Below are positions 17,806 through 26,397 of a stretch of 49,490 nt of DNA, one piece after another. Numbering within the stretch: the first letter of the stretch is position 1; every line of letters starts with the position of its first letter. A program made the translations under genes and the position numbers. Origin of the DNA: Leptolyngbyaceae cyanobacterium. Lineage in GTDB: Bacteria; Cyanobacteriota; Cyanobacteriia; Phormidesmidales; Phormidesmidaceae. The DNA lies in NCBI GenBank assembly GCA_965263355.1, contig CBDHHL010000037.1, positions 1 to 49,490 on the forward strand. The letters are read 5' to 3'. The notes beneath the pieces were generated by a model that was not told the origin of the DNA, did no database searches, and was given only the letters and a program-made list of their open reading frames with translations.

Positions 17806-17952
17806 ATGGGAATTAAGGAAGATAGGCAAAAGATTATAGATTTTGCTGAGGAATTAGGGTATACGTTATTAGGTTGCTGCAATCATTGTTACGATTGGGT
17901 TATGGAACCTATACCTAAAGGGGAGCCAGTAGATGAATGGGATTTTGAATAA
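17806..17952 (+). CDS. Hypothetical protein (48 aa)
   Basis: MGIKEDRQK...CCNHC; TAATG coupling to the next gene. Confidence 0.6.
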   Translation: MGIKEDRQKIIDFAEELGYTLLGCCNHCYDWVMEPIPKGEPVDEWDFE

Positions 17953-18599
17953 TGGTAGATGAAGCTACTATAAATAGGATTAGGAATCTACTAAGGAAAG
18001 CTGAATCATCTGAGTTTGAAGCCGAATCAGAAACGTTTGAGAAAAAAGCTCTAGAGTTAATGGCTCTTTATGAGCTACAATATAGAGACTTAGCAGAAGA
18101 GGATAATCCAGATATCAAAGAGTTCTTAATTGATCTTAGTGAGCATGGTAATTTCACTCTAGGTGTAGCTATTCTCTATTCAGGTATCATAGATATCTAT
18201 GGTGGATTTACTTTATTTGCTTCTGGCAAGAAGAGGGAACGTAAAGGATCTAAAATTCTAGTCTATGCTACACAAGATCAAATGGATAGAGCTACAGTTT
18301 TAATAGAGTTCTTTATCCGTCAAATGCAGTACCATTTCGTAGTTGCTAAGGCATCTAGTCGAAAGTCTTTTAGTAAGGGTTGGGCTGTAGAAGTCGCTAA
18401 CAGATTAAAGCTTGCTAACCAAGAAGTTTATATGGGCTTAGGCGCATTGGTTCCAACTAACGATAGAGCTTATGAACATGCTGCTAATATCCACGGTAGT
18501 TTCGGAACCTTTAATAGTGGGGAAACTACATCGGATGAAACTCTAGGTAGAGTCAAGGGAAGTGAAGCTGATTTAGGACAAGACAAGATCGGAAGTTAA
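17952..18599 (+). CDS. DUF2786 domain protein
   Basis: INRIRNLLRKAESSEFEAESETFEKKALELMALY N-terminus; SFSKGWA. Confidence 0.85.
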   Translation: MVDEATINRIRNLLRKAESSEFEAESETFEKKALELMALYELQYRDLAEEDNPDIKEFLIDLSEHGNFTLGVAILYSGIIDIYGGFTLFASGKKRERKGSKILVYATQDQMDRATVLIEFFIRQMQYHFVVAKASSRKSFSKGWAVEVANRLKLANQEVYMGLGALVPTNDRAYEHAANIHGSFGTFNSGETTSDETLGRVKGSEADLGQDKIGS

Positions 18600-18601
18600 C
18601 A

Positions 18602-18853
18602 ATGTATGTTATATTCGCTGGCGATCAATATTATGCTCGTGGTGGTTGGGACGATTATCAAGACATTATATTTGAAGATATAGAGGATGCTAAGAGATAT
18701 GCAGAACTTATAACTAAAGAGTTAGTAGATGAAAGTAAAGATTATACGCCCAAAGATTGGTCTCATATTGTAGACCTAAATGGTCTTTATATTGTCGCTA
18801 GGTTTGGGACACCGGCACACGGTAGCCCAGTCCAAGGAAAGATCGGACGCTAA
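18602..18853 (+). CDS. Conserved hypothetical phage protein
   Basis: FAGDQYYARGGWDDY motif. Confidence 0.75.
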   Translation: MYVIFAGDQYYARGGWDDYQDIIFEDIEDAKRYAELITKELVDESKDYTPKDWSHIVDLNGLYIVARFGTPAHGSPVQGKIGR

Positions 18854-18987
18854 ACCACAAGCAACATCCACCGTTTAGCGAAAGAGTTTCGTCCGCCTAT
18901 TAGGTTGGGAACTCGGTAGGTCAAATGCCTACTCTGCTGGCCCTGTGGAGCCTAGTCGGCGGCCGGAACTATTTTTCTGAAAAGGTG

Positions 18988-19015
18988 TTGCGCTCTAGGA
19001 TAATTCTGCTAGAGT
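18988..19015 (+). promoter_or_regulatory. Promoter P8
   Basis: TTGCGC-16-TAGAGT with extended TGn. Confidence 0.55.
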
Positions 19016-19050
19016 GCTCTAAAGCAAATCAACCTAAGAGAGGTTAATAA

Positions 19051-19530
19051 ATGACTGATGATGAGTTTGATTTCGATTTTGAGGATGAGGCCGATACCGA
19101 TGTGGAGTCGGAAAATGCTGAGCCTGTAGTTGACGATAAGCCTAAGCGACGTGGTCGCCCTCCGGGCAAGCGTCCTAAGCATCCTCTCCCGACCGGTTGG
19201 GAAACTCCATCTGACTTGGCTATCCGAGTTAATTATGAGGGACAGCTTAAGGATGAGAATGGCGAAGGTGATGACATCGATGGCCAGACTATTTATTCTT
19301 ATGCTGGTCGAGATGATGCGCTTATTTCCGATGAGAATCCAGACGGCTGGTCGACTAATCATACCGACGGCCGTTTGATTGTTAATGTCGAAAAGGCTAT
19401 CGCTTGGCTTGTCGATCGTAAGGGAGAGATGGCGGAGCGAGCTGCTAAGCGTGCTGCTGCTGCTGAAATGCGAGAGTTTAATCGTATGCGATCTCTCACT
19501 AAGGGTGTGGCGGCTCTAGCCCGCTCATAA
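19051..19530 (+). CDS. AT-hook DNA-binding protein with acidic N-terminus
   Basis: KPKRRGRPPGKRPK; GAGG SD; biased codons. Confidence 0.75.
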   Translation: MTDDEFDFDFEDEADTDVESENAEPVVDDKPKRRGRPPGKRPKHPLPTGWETPSDLAIRVNYEGQLKDENGEGDDIDGQTIYSYAGRDDALISDENPDGWSTNHTDGRLIVNVEKAIAWLVDRKGEMAERAAKRAAAAEMREFNRMRSLTKGVAALARS

Positions 19531-19532
19531 TA

Positions 19533-20006
19533 GTGGATGACTTAAGCTATCCGAAACTATTTGAGCAATGCGTCCAAGCTTATAAATTACTTTATGCAGA
19601 ATCATCAGATCCAGAAGAAATAGGAATTGATATAGGAAACGCTGAGCCTTATCGAGTATTCCGAGGATCAATTACTAGAATTATTTACAACGTTAAAGAT
19701 GTAAATTCAGGTAATTATTCTAGGTTGATGACTAGGCTTAAAGAAATGGGCTGCATTGAATTAGTAGAGAGAGGTTCGGGAACTATTCCGAGCGTTGTCC
19801 ATCTACATTTCGCACCTGATTATCAAAGATATACTAGAGCTAAAGGTCAACATACTAAAGGTAAAAAGAAAGAACGCCAATTAGAAGAACAGATCATAGC
19901 TCTAAGTGCTCGACTAGCTAGACTAGAAGTTAGAGTAAATAGAATAGATGGTCGAGTAGCAGCGCCAATTGAAATAGAAGAGTTAGATTCACATGAAGAT
20001 TCATGA
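19533..20006 (+). CDS. Winged-helix-like DNA-binding protein with coiled coil
   Basis: YSRLMTRLKEMGCIELVERG pattern. Confidence 0.65.
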   Translation: MDDLSYPKLFEQCVQAYKLLYAESSDPEEIGIDIGNAEPYRVFRGSITRIIYNVKDVNSGNYSRLMTRLKEMGCIELVERGSGTIPSVVHLHFAPDYQRYTRAKGQHTKGKKKERQLEEQIIALSARLARLEVRVNRIDGRVAAPIEIEELDSHEDS

Positions 20007-20316
20007 AGCTGCTAAATGCAGAACTTGTAAGTATGATGGCGAATTAATTATAAGTCAGCCTAGTATTTCGCCTTCGACTAGGGAGCCTGTAGACTTAGCG
20101 GTTTATGAATGTAGAAATGAATTGTGTCTAGATTATCAATGGCGTTGGATTGTTCAATCGGATGAAGAGGGTAATGTTCCCGAAAGAGATCATGGCCCTA
20201 GAGGTGTGGATAAAGATTTCCCACGCCTAAGTAGTGAAGCTTTATCTAAGGGTAGAGCTGTAGTAGAAGAAGCAATAGGAAAAGAACACAATAGAGACGA
20301 GGAAAATAATGGCTAG
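19993..20316 (+). CDS. Zinc-ribbon protein
   Basis: CRTC...CRNELC. Confidence 0.7.
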   Translation: MKIHEAAKCRTCKYDGELIISQPSISPSTREPVDLAVYECRNELCLDYQWRWIVQSDEEGNVPERDHGPRGVDKDFPRLSSEALSKGRAVVEEAIGKEHNRDEENNG

Positions 20317-20563
20317 TATGGACGCACTTAAGGACACGCTGGATAACGAGCTTGTTTATACGGCTGTGTTTATTGATTGTGATGAGGATGAGGGTCGATA
20401 CGATTCTATTCTTAAGGCTTTGGGTATTGAGCGGGATGACGTTATCGATGAAAAGTCTCCCCTCATTTATACTCATGAGGATTTGCCTACTAATGGATCT
20501 GTTACGATTCAGTATCGGGCCGGTAAGCCTGAGGTTGAATCTGATTCAGATGAAGAAGAGTAA
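20309..20563 (+). CDS. Acidic hypothetical protein
   Basis: 84 aa, GAGG SD. Confidence 0.75.
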   Translation: MASMDALKDTLDNELVYTAVFIDCDEDEGRYDSILKALGIERDDVIDEKSPLIYTHEDLPTNGSVTIQYRAGKPEVESDSDEEE

Positions 20564-20622
20564 TACATAAATCATTTAAAAGTATCTAAAACATTAAAAG
20601 CCAACACTTAATAATTAACTTT

Positions 20623-20661
20623 GGGAAGATCCACCTGCTAATACTAGGGGTGGATTTTCTC
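20623..20661 (+). terminator. Intrinsic terminator-like hairpin
   Basis: GGGAAGATCCACC/GGTGGATTTTCTC. Confidence 0.6.
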
Positions 20662-20716
20662 ATGTCATTTAAATACTTAGCCATGCTAACCTTCCTAAGT
20701 TACCCGAAGGTAACCC

Positions 20717-20745
20717 TTGCCAAACCTTTGCCAATGGTCTATAGT
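20717..20745 (+). promoter_or_regulatory. Promoter P9 for the structured RNA
   Basis: TTGCCA-17-TATAGT; the predicted start G20753 is the first base of stem 1. Confidence 0.7.
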
Positions 20746-20752
20746 GGTGAAT

Positions 20753-21112
20753 GTAAGCAAATGGAGCAATTCCTCTAGCTTCCGGTGGATTTGCTTACCA
20801 CTGCGGCGGCGGTGAAAAGAATAGGGGTGGAGAGTTGTTCTCGAACTTTAAGCTTAGACCCTCCCCTTTGGTTAGGCTAAAGTTAAGGGCTCTCTGCCCC
20901 TATTCTATCTTTCTTTAAAGGTTTGATTACACCGAACCACAATTAAATAGAGTGAGCTAATCACACTAGCTTAATCCATAAGACCGGTAGGTAGCTTTCG
21001 TCAGCCATACTTACCATCGCCCTGGTGTAATCAATCGGCAGGACCTTATCTAATTGTTAGTTACTGTAAACGCCCGTTTCCAGCTAACAAAAGGATAGGG
21101 TCCTGCTTTTTT
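20753..21112 (+). ncRNA. Unknown ~360-nt multi-domain structured RNA ending in a U-tract terminator
   Basis: Five consecutive stem domains with G-U pairs; no convincing ORF. Confidence 0.75.
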
Positions 21113-21128
21113 CTATTTAAGGAGAACT

Positions 21129-22439
21129 ATGTCAGATTTACCAGAAGACTTTGATCATGTTAAACCAGATGGAAGATTAGCTATATTTGGTTTCGCTGTA
21201 GCTATCAGTGTAGTGGTTTTAGCAGCTTTAATATTTGACCCTAGTGGCACTCCACCCACAGGGCCGCCCATCACGGTCCCTCCCGAGATCGAGCTAGGTA
21301 GTCTCGACAACCCTGCTGGCATGGCCTCATGGTTTGATTCTGACGGTCTGACAGCAAGCGAGATAGAGCTAGGGTGGGGCGCCGAACCGTATGGCGCATT
21401 TCATAATCCAGATTATACTCAGCCGATAAATCCGGTGAGTAATGGATCACACCCACAGGGGCAGTTTAGAATTATATGTGCTCCATCTCATTTCTCATTT
21501 GATGATCCAGTAATATTTCCTAATGATCCTGGCGCTTCACATATGCATATGTACTTTGGTAATAGCGCTGTGAATGCAGATACTACAGAGGTGGATATAC
21601 TTACTAATACTGGTGGATCTACTTGTCAGTCTAGTCTGTTAAATCGTAGTGGCTATTGGGTACCTACTATGTTTAGTGGTGGGAAGGGAGCTGACAGACA
21701 AATAGTTTTACCAAAGGTTATTACCCTTTACTATAAGAGTCATAAGCCTGAATCAGTACAACCTTTTGTAAATGGCACTCAGTTTATAGCCGGCAATATT
21801 CATCCTGATAATGGTACGCCTAGAGAGAGTTTTACTCCTGGCGAGTACTTGCATTGGGGTTGTTATATTAATGGCTCGACTAGAGGTAGTAGTTGGTCTG
21901 GTATTATTCCAGGTACTAGAGGTACTACACCTTGTGCCGATAATGAAGACATTCAATTAACTATACAATTCCCACAATGCTTAGCAGTAGATGAGAATGG
22001 GCCAGTCTTACGGTCTGACAATCATCAAGATCATGCGTTCATCCTTTATAACTTTGATGGTAACTACGGAATACAGAAGGCTAATTGTCCTAGTACTCAT
22101 CCGTATAGGACGATGCAAATTAGTTACCTTATAAGGTTCCCTAACTTAGGAGTCGAAGAGGTTAAGCGTTGGAGACTTTCATCCGACTTTGGTTATGAGA
22201 ATGATATAGTTGATTTCCCTGGCGGATCTGCACACGCTGATTGGTTTGCTGGATGGAATGATAATGCTCAACGAGCTTGGATAGATGGTTGTGTTAATGG
22301 CGACTTAGGCTCTTTCAATTGTTCATTAGGACAGACTGGCGAGAATGGTACAGGCTTACGATTCAATCCAATTGAGGGAGAAAGGTTAAAGAACATGGAA
22401 TACATTGGCCCCTATTTAGTGGATGATCCTACGTCATGA
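21129..22439 (+). CDS. Membrane-anchored DUF1996 domain protein
   Basis: Transmembrane helix; DDPVIFP..PGASHMHMYFGN, NRSGYWVP and HADWFAGW motifs; AAGGAG SD. Confidence 0.88.
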   Translation: MSDLPEDFDHVKPDGRLAIFGFAVAISVVVLAALIFDPSGTPPTGPPITVPPEIELGSLDNPAGMASWFDSDGLTASEIELGWGAEPYGAFHNPDYTQPINPVSNGSHPQGQFRIICAPSHFSFDDPVIFPNDPGASHMHMYFGNSAVNADTTEVDILTNTGGSTCQSSLLNRSGYWVPTMFSGGKGADRQIVLPKVITLYYKSHKPESVQPFVNGTQFIAGNIHPDNGTPRESFTPGEYLHWGCYINGSTRGSSWSGIIPGTRGTTPCADNEDIQLTIQFPQCLAVDENGPVLRSDNHQDHAFILYNFDGNYGIQKANCPSTHPYRTMQISYLIRFPNLGVEEVKRWRLSSDFGYENDIVDFPGGSAHADWFAGWNDNAQRAWIDGCVNGDLGSFNCSLGQTGENGTGLRFNPIEGERLKNMEYIGPYLVDDPTS

Positions 22440-22723
22440 CAGATGGATTTTTTGAGTTAGCTAAAAATAAAATAACCGACACCCCAGAAGATATGGTCTG
22501 GTCTTCTGCTACATTTGGAGATTCACTTAATACCATCTTCGTGTATGACAGTGAGGAACCTAAGCTTAGACATCAATCTTTTAAATATATTTTAAAGCTT
22601 ATCAACTTCTTAGATTGGTCACTTAGGGAAATAGAAGAATGGATAATGGAAGATCCAACATCTTTTGTTATGATTAAAGATGAGATTGGGGATTGGAAGA
22701 AGGTTGATTTAGAGAATGAGTGA
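22436..22723 (+). CDS. Hypothetical protein
   Basis: ATGA coupling. Confidence 0.7.
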   Translation: MTDGFFELAKNKITDTPEDMVWSSATFGDSLNTIFVYDSEEPKLRHQSFKYILKLINFLDWSLREIEEWIMEDPTSFVMIKDEIGDWKKVDLENE

Positions 22724-22955
22724 AGATTACATACCTCAAGTATTTTTTAACGATCCAGAAAAAGATGCTGAGCATAACTTCTATATGATTCCAGATACCA
22801 AATCTGGTTATGCAGCTATATTTGTTAGGTGGGATCCAGATGATTACGATTGGTATATAGGTATCATATCAGATGAGTATCCGCCTAAACCATTTATTAA
22901 ACTAGAGGAAGTAACTAGCTTTGTTCTAGATATAGAGGTAATTGATGAGAGCTGA
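22716..22955 (+). CDS. Acidic hypothetical protein
   Basis: Overlap coupling. Confidence 0.7.
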   Translation: MSEDYIPQVFFNDPEKDAEHNFYMIPDTKSGYAAIFVRWDPDDYDWYIGIISDEYPPKPFIKLEEVTSFVLDIEVIDES

Positions 22956-23187
22956 TACAGATAGATTATATGATCAAATAGACGAGACGCTTAGAGATGT
23001 AGCTCACATCTCACTACTCTATTTTGTTTGGACTAAGCGTAGAAATGTTCGTAAGTCATGGGAGCAAATAGCTTATGATGTTCGTTCCACTACTGACATA
23101 GCTGTATCTGGTGAATGGTTACGTACTAGATTTAGTGGAATAGAAAACTATACTACACCTACAGCATGGAAAGATGATCAAATATAA
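22942..23187 (+). CDS. HTH-like DNA-binding protein
   Basis: SWEQIAYDV...VSGEWLRTRF. Confidence 0.6.
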   Translation: MMRADTDRLYDQIDETLRDVAHISLLYFVWTKRRNVRKSWEQIAYDVRSTTDIAVSGEWLRTRFSGIENYTTPTAWKDDQI

Positions 23188-23390
23188 TGTGGGCTAAACT
23201 GCAAGGTGCTTATCATTGGGGATCTAGGAAGCAGCTTAGAGATGTTGAATTAACTTTTATAGGCGATGAACTTGTCATAGAAGTTAAGAAGTCTAGACAA
23301 GAAGGTAATATATACACAGAAGTTAGATTGGAGCTTACGGCTAGTGAAGTAATTAAATTCTTATTAAGTACAGAGCGCCACGTTGCATGA
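23187..23390 (+). CDS. Hypothetical protein
   Basis: TAATG and ATGA coupling. Confidence 0.65.
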   Translation: MWAKLQGAYHWGSRKQLRDVELTFIGDELVIEVKKSRQEGNIYTEVRLELTASEVIKFLLSTERHVA

Positions 23391-24835
23391 ACCAATTAGT
23401 TAAGACTCCTTTATGGGAACATCAGCGAGATACATTAGAGTATTTTGCTGAGCAAGAACAAGTCTTATGTGCTTGGGATATGGGTACTGGTAAGACTTTA
23501 TTTGCCATAGAGCGAGACGCTAGAATAAGAGAGACAGTTAGAGTAGGTAGAAATAAGGATAGTGGAAGAAAGTTTAGGACTCTAGTTGTAGCTCCATTAT
23601 CTACACATAAACAATGGAAGAATGCATTTGAATCAGAGTTACCAGGAATTAAAGTAAAGCAAATCAATCCTAAGGATCGTACTGCTTTCTTAATGGGTGA
23701 CTATGATGTATGGGTCATGCATTATGAAGCTGTTCGTATTATGTGGGTCGAACTTAAAGCGCATATGTTTGACCATGGTATATTTGATGAGTGTCATAGG
23801 CTTAAGAATAGAAAGACTCAACAGACACAAGCGGTAAAGAAATTAAAGATTCCTTTACTTACTGATATGTCTGGATCCCCTGTAACCGATAGACCACAGG
23901 ACATATGGTCTATATTACATCACCTTAAGCCTAAAGAATATACTAGCTATTGGACGTTCTTCCATAACATGACTAATAGCGAGAGGCCATGGATTAATAC
24001 AAAGGGAGGTAAGCGTATGCAAGCTCAGTATTGGGTAACGCATGGACCTTCCGAACGTTGGTTAACTAATGGGCTAGACGATATAGAAGAATACTATTCA
24101 CGCATACTAATAGACCAATGTATAGATTTACCGGAATTAGTACACACAACTATTAATGTTGATCTTACACCTAAGATGCGTAAAGCATATGCTGAAATGC
24201 ATGATGAAATGATTACTTGGGTACGAGAGATGGGTGAAGATGAAGAAGACCATCCGTTAGCTGCACCCGCTATTATATCTAGAATGACTAGATTGCAGCA
24301 GCTTGCAATGGCTACTATAGAATACAATCCTACTACTGAAAAGTATAGGATGGTTGCACCATCTCCTAAATTAGATGCAGTTGTTGAGAGAATAAGAGAC
24401 AATGATGGCGATAAGTTTCTAGTATTCTCCCAATGGAAACACCCTTTACTTTTACTTAGGTCTATGCTTGAAAAGCAAAAGGGATTACCTGCACCTATTA
24501 ACCCTTGCATGTTTACTGGTGATGAGACTGGACCTTTAAGAGAGAACTCTAAGAAACGATTTATAGAGGGTGACTCTAGGGTTATGTTAGCTACTATTGA
24601 TGCGGGCGGCGAAGGTGTTGATGGTTTGCAGCATGTTTGCAACAACGTTATATTCTTAGATAGATCATGGACTCCAACTAAGAATGATCAAGCTATAGCT
24701 CGCTTACGTAGGGGTGGGCAAACTAAACCAGTAAACGTTATTGATGTGGTGTCCACAGGGACAGTGGATATTATACGTAATCAGAAGATCGAACTTAAGA
24801 AGCAATGGGTTATGCAAACCTTAGGAGATATATAA
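23387..24835 (+). CDS. SNF2-family DNA helicase
   Basis: DMGTGKT, DECH, SGSP, GGEGVD, QAIARLRRGGQ. Confidence 0.92.
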   Translation: MNQLVKTPLWEHQRDTLEYFAEQEQVLCAWDMGTGKTLFAIERDARIRETVRVGRNKDSGRKFRTLVVAPLSTHKQWKNAFESELPGIKVKQINPKDRTAFLMGDYDVWVMHYEAVRIMWVELKAHMFDHGIFDECHRLKNRKTQQTQAVKKLKIPLLTDMSGSPVTDRPQDIWSILHHLKPKEYTSYWTFFHNMTNSERPWINTKGGKRMQAQYWVTHGPSERWLTNGLDDIEEYYSRILIDQCIDLPELVHTTINVDLTPKMRKAYAEMHDEMITWVREMGEDEEDHPLAAPAIISRMTRLQQLAMATIEYNPTTEKYRMVAPSPKLDAVVERIRDNDGDKFLVFSQWKHPLLLLRSMLEKQKGLPAPINPCMFTGDETGPLRENSKKRFIEGDSRVMLATIDAGGEGVDGLQHVCNNVIFLDRSWTPTKNDQAIARLRRGGQTKPVNVIDVVSTGTVDIIRNQKIELKKQWVMQTLGDI

Positions 24836-24847
24836 TGAAGAGGAAAT

Positions 24848-25033
24848 GTGTTAGAGTACGCTGTTGAGTATTATGGTGGGCCATTAGATGGTGTAGCTCA
24901 AACTCTAACTGATCTATTTGAAAGTGTTAAAGTACCATATGGAGATGGAAAGTTTGCAATCTACGGATATAATGGATATAGATACAACGACAATGAGGGA
25001 ATAAATGTTCACAAGTACGAATTCCAAGGGTGA
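24848..25033 (+). CDS. Hypothetical protein (GGPLDG motif)
   Basis: YYGGPLDG; GAGG SD. Confidence 0.65.
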   Translation: MLEYAVEYYGGPLDGVAQTLTDLFESVKVPYGDGKFAIYGYNGYRYNDNEGINVHKYEFQG

Positions 25034-26153
25034 ACCTTGCTTCATAATCAGGAACTCTGACAGAGCTTTATTTAAGCGTTGCCGATTCTTGTGGCATTGC
25101 TCATCTAGAAATAGATTGAACTACGGATCTATTGGAGTAACAGAAGCGTTAGAGTTTGGGACAGCTATCCATGCTGGAATGGAAGTTATACATAGCTCGG
25201 TCAATTGGGAAAATCCAATAGACATATTAACTGCTGAGGCTATACTCAAATTCAAAGAGAGTATGGATAAGTGGCGAGAAAGATTAATTAAACTAGATGC
25301 TTTCTTCGGAACTAAGAATGAAGTTGAATGGAATGAGTATGTAGAATTAGGTAAGCAAATGTTAGCTCATTACATCTATTGGGCTGACGTAGAAAATACT
25401 GATTGGATACCTGTTAAAACTGAGATCGAGTTTGAAGTACCCTTACCATTAACTAATGTATTTGAAGATGCTGTATATGATTCAAATTTATTTAGGATGA
25501 AAGATATAGATGGTATACCTAGTTGTTTGGCTTACAGCCATGAACATGGTGATTACTTACCTGTTTATGTTCAGGGTAGGCTTGATGGTTTATTCAAGAA
25601 TTTAGATGATGGAAGTCTTTGGGCTTGGGACCATAAGACCACAGGGCAGATGCCTAATAACTTTGATCACTTGTTATTAGATACTCAAGCCGGTACATAT
25701 TACTGGGCTACACGTCGAATGTTAGGCATGGATGTATCAGGAGTTGTATTCAACTTCTTGCTTAAGGATTACCCTAAGCCACCTGCTATATTAAAGAGTG
25801 GTAAGGTATCTAAGAATAAGGCGCAGCGTACTACTAAGTATTTAATTAGGGAAGCTATAGCAGAACTTGGACTCAATCCATTTGAGTATCAAGACTTCTT
25901 AAATACTTTTGAAGAACCTTCATTCTTCCATAGAGAACCGGTCACTAAAACATCAGATGAGTTAGATCAAATCCAGAATGATTTGGTCATGGAATTCATG
26001 GATATGTATAACGCTAGGATATATACTCATCCTAATATGTTTAACTGTCGTGGATGTAAATTCAAGAAGCCATGCCAAATAAGGCAAGAGGGCGGCGACT
26101 GGTATTGGTACTTAAACAATTCTGGAATGTACGCAGAGAACAACCCTTATTGA
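25005..26153 (+). CDS. PD-(D/E)xK Cas4/RecB-like exonuclease
   Basis: FKRC, FGTAIH, GRLD...DHKT, Q..TY, C-terminal CRGCKFKKPC. Confidence 0.88.
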   Translation: MFTSTNSKGEPCFIIRNSDRALFKRCRFLWHCSSRNRLNYGSIGVTEALEFGTAIHAGMEVIHSSVNWENPIDILTAEAILKFKESMDKWRERLIKLDAFFGTKNEVEWNEYVELGKQMLAHYIYWADVENTDWIPVKTEIEFEVPLPLTNVFEDAVYDSNLFRMKDIDGIPSCLAYSHEHGDYLPVYVQGRLDGLFKNLDDGSLWAWDHKTTGQMPNNFDHLLLDTQAGTYYWATRRMLGMDVSGVVFNFLLKDYPKPPAILKSGKVSKNKAQRTTKYLIREAIAELGLNPFEYQDFLNTFEEPSFFHREPVTKTSDELDQIQNDLVMEFMDMYNARIYTHPNMFNCRGCKFKKPCQIRQEGGDWYWYLNNSGMYAENNPY

Positions 26154-26154
26154 T

Positions 26155-26397
26155 ATGAAACTCAGAGCTATTAGATTAGAGGATTTGCCAAAGAGAAAAC
26201 CTAACTCGATATGCATAATGAACAATCTATGGATATATGAAGTACGTAGATTGATAGTTCCAATACACCCAATGTTTAGACCATGGACATCTATAGAAGA
26301 AGATGCACTAGAACTAATAGAGTTCTTTGGTGATAACTTCTTTTATCAAAGGCTTATGTTAGCTTACTTACCAAGGGATTTGATTAGTGGCAGATGA
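26155..26397 (+). CDS. Hypothetical protein
   Basis: 80 aa, operon packing. Confidence 0.6.
   Translation: MKLRAIRLEDLPKRKPNSICIMNNLWIYEVRRLIVPIHPMFRPWTSIEEDALELIEFFGDNFFYQRLMLAYLPRDLISGR

Noticed and set aside
18844..18970. Hammerhead ribozyme (GGACGAAAC on the minus strand)
   Set aside because: No CUGANGA core on either strand
20753..21112. tmRNA, RNase P RNA or 6S identity for the structured RNA
   Set aside because: No tRNA-Ala-like ends or tag ORF, no GAGGAAAGUCC, and not a single rod with a central bubble
24749..24760. CCACAG motif as a DnaA box
   Set aside because: The TT(A/G)T half of the DnaA box is not conserved across copies, whereas the downstream GGG is
25005..26153. Cas4-like nuclease as part of a CRISPR system
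   Set aside because: No repeat-spacer array or other cas genes; it sits in a standard exonuclease-Sak4-SSB recombination module
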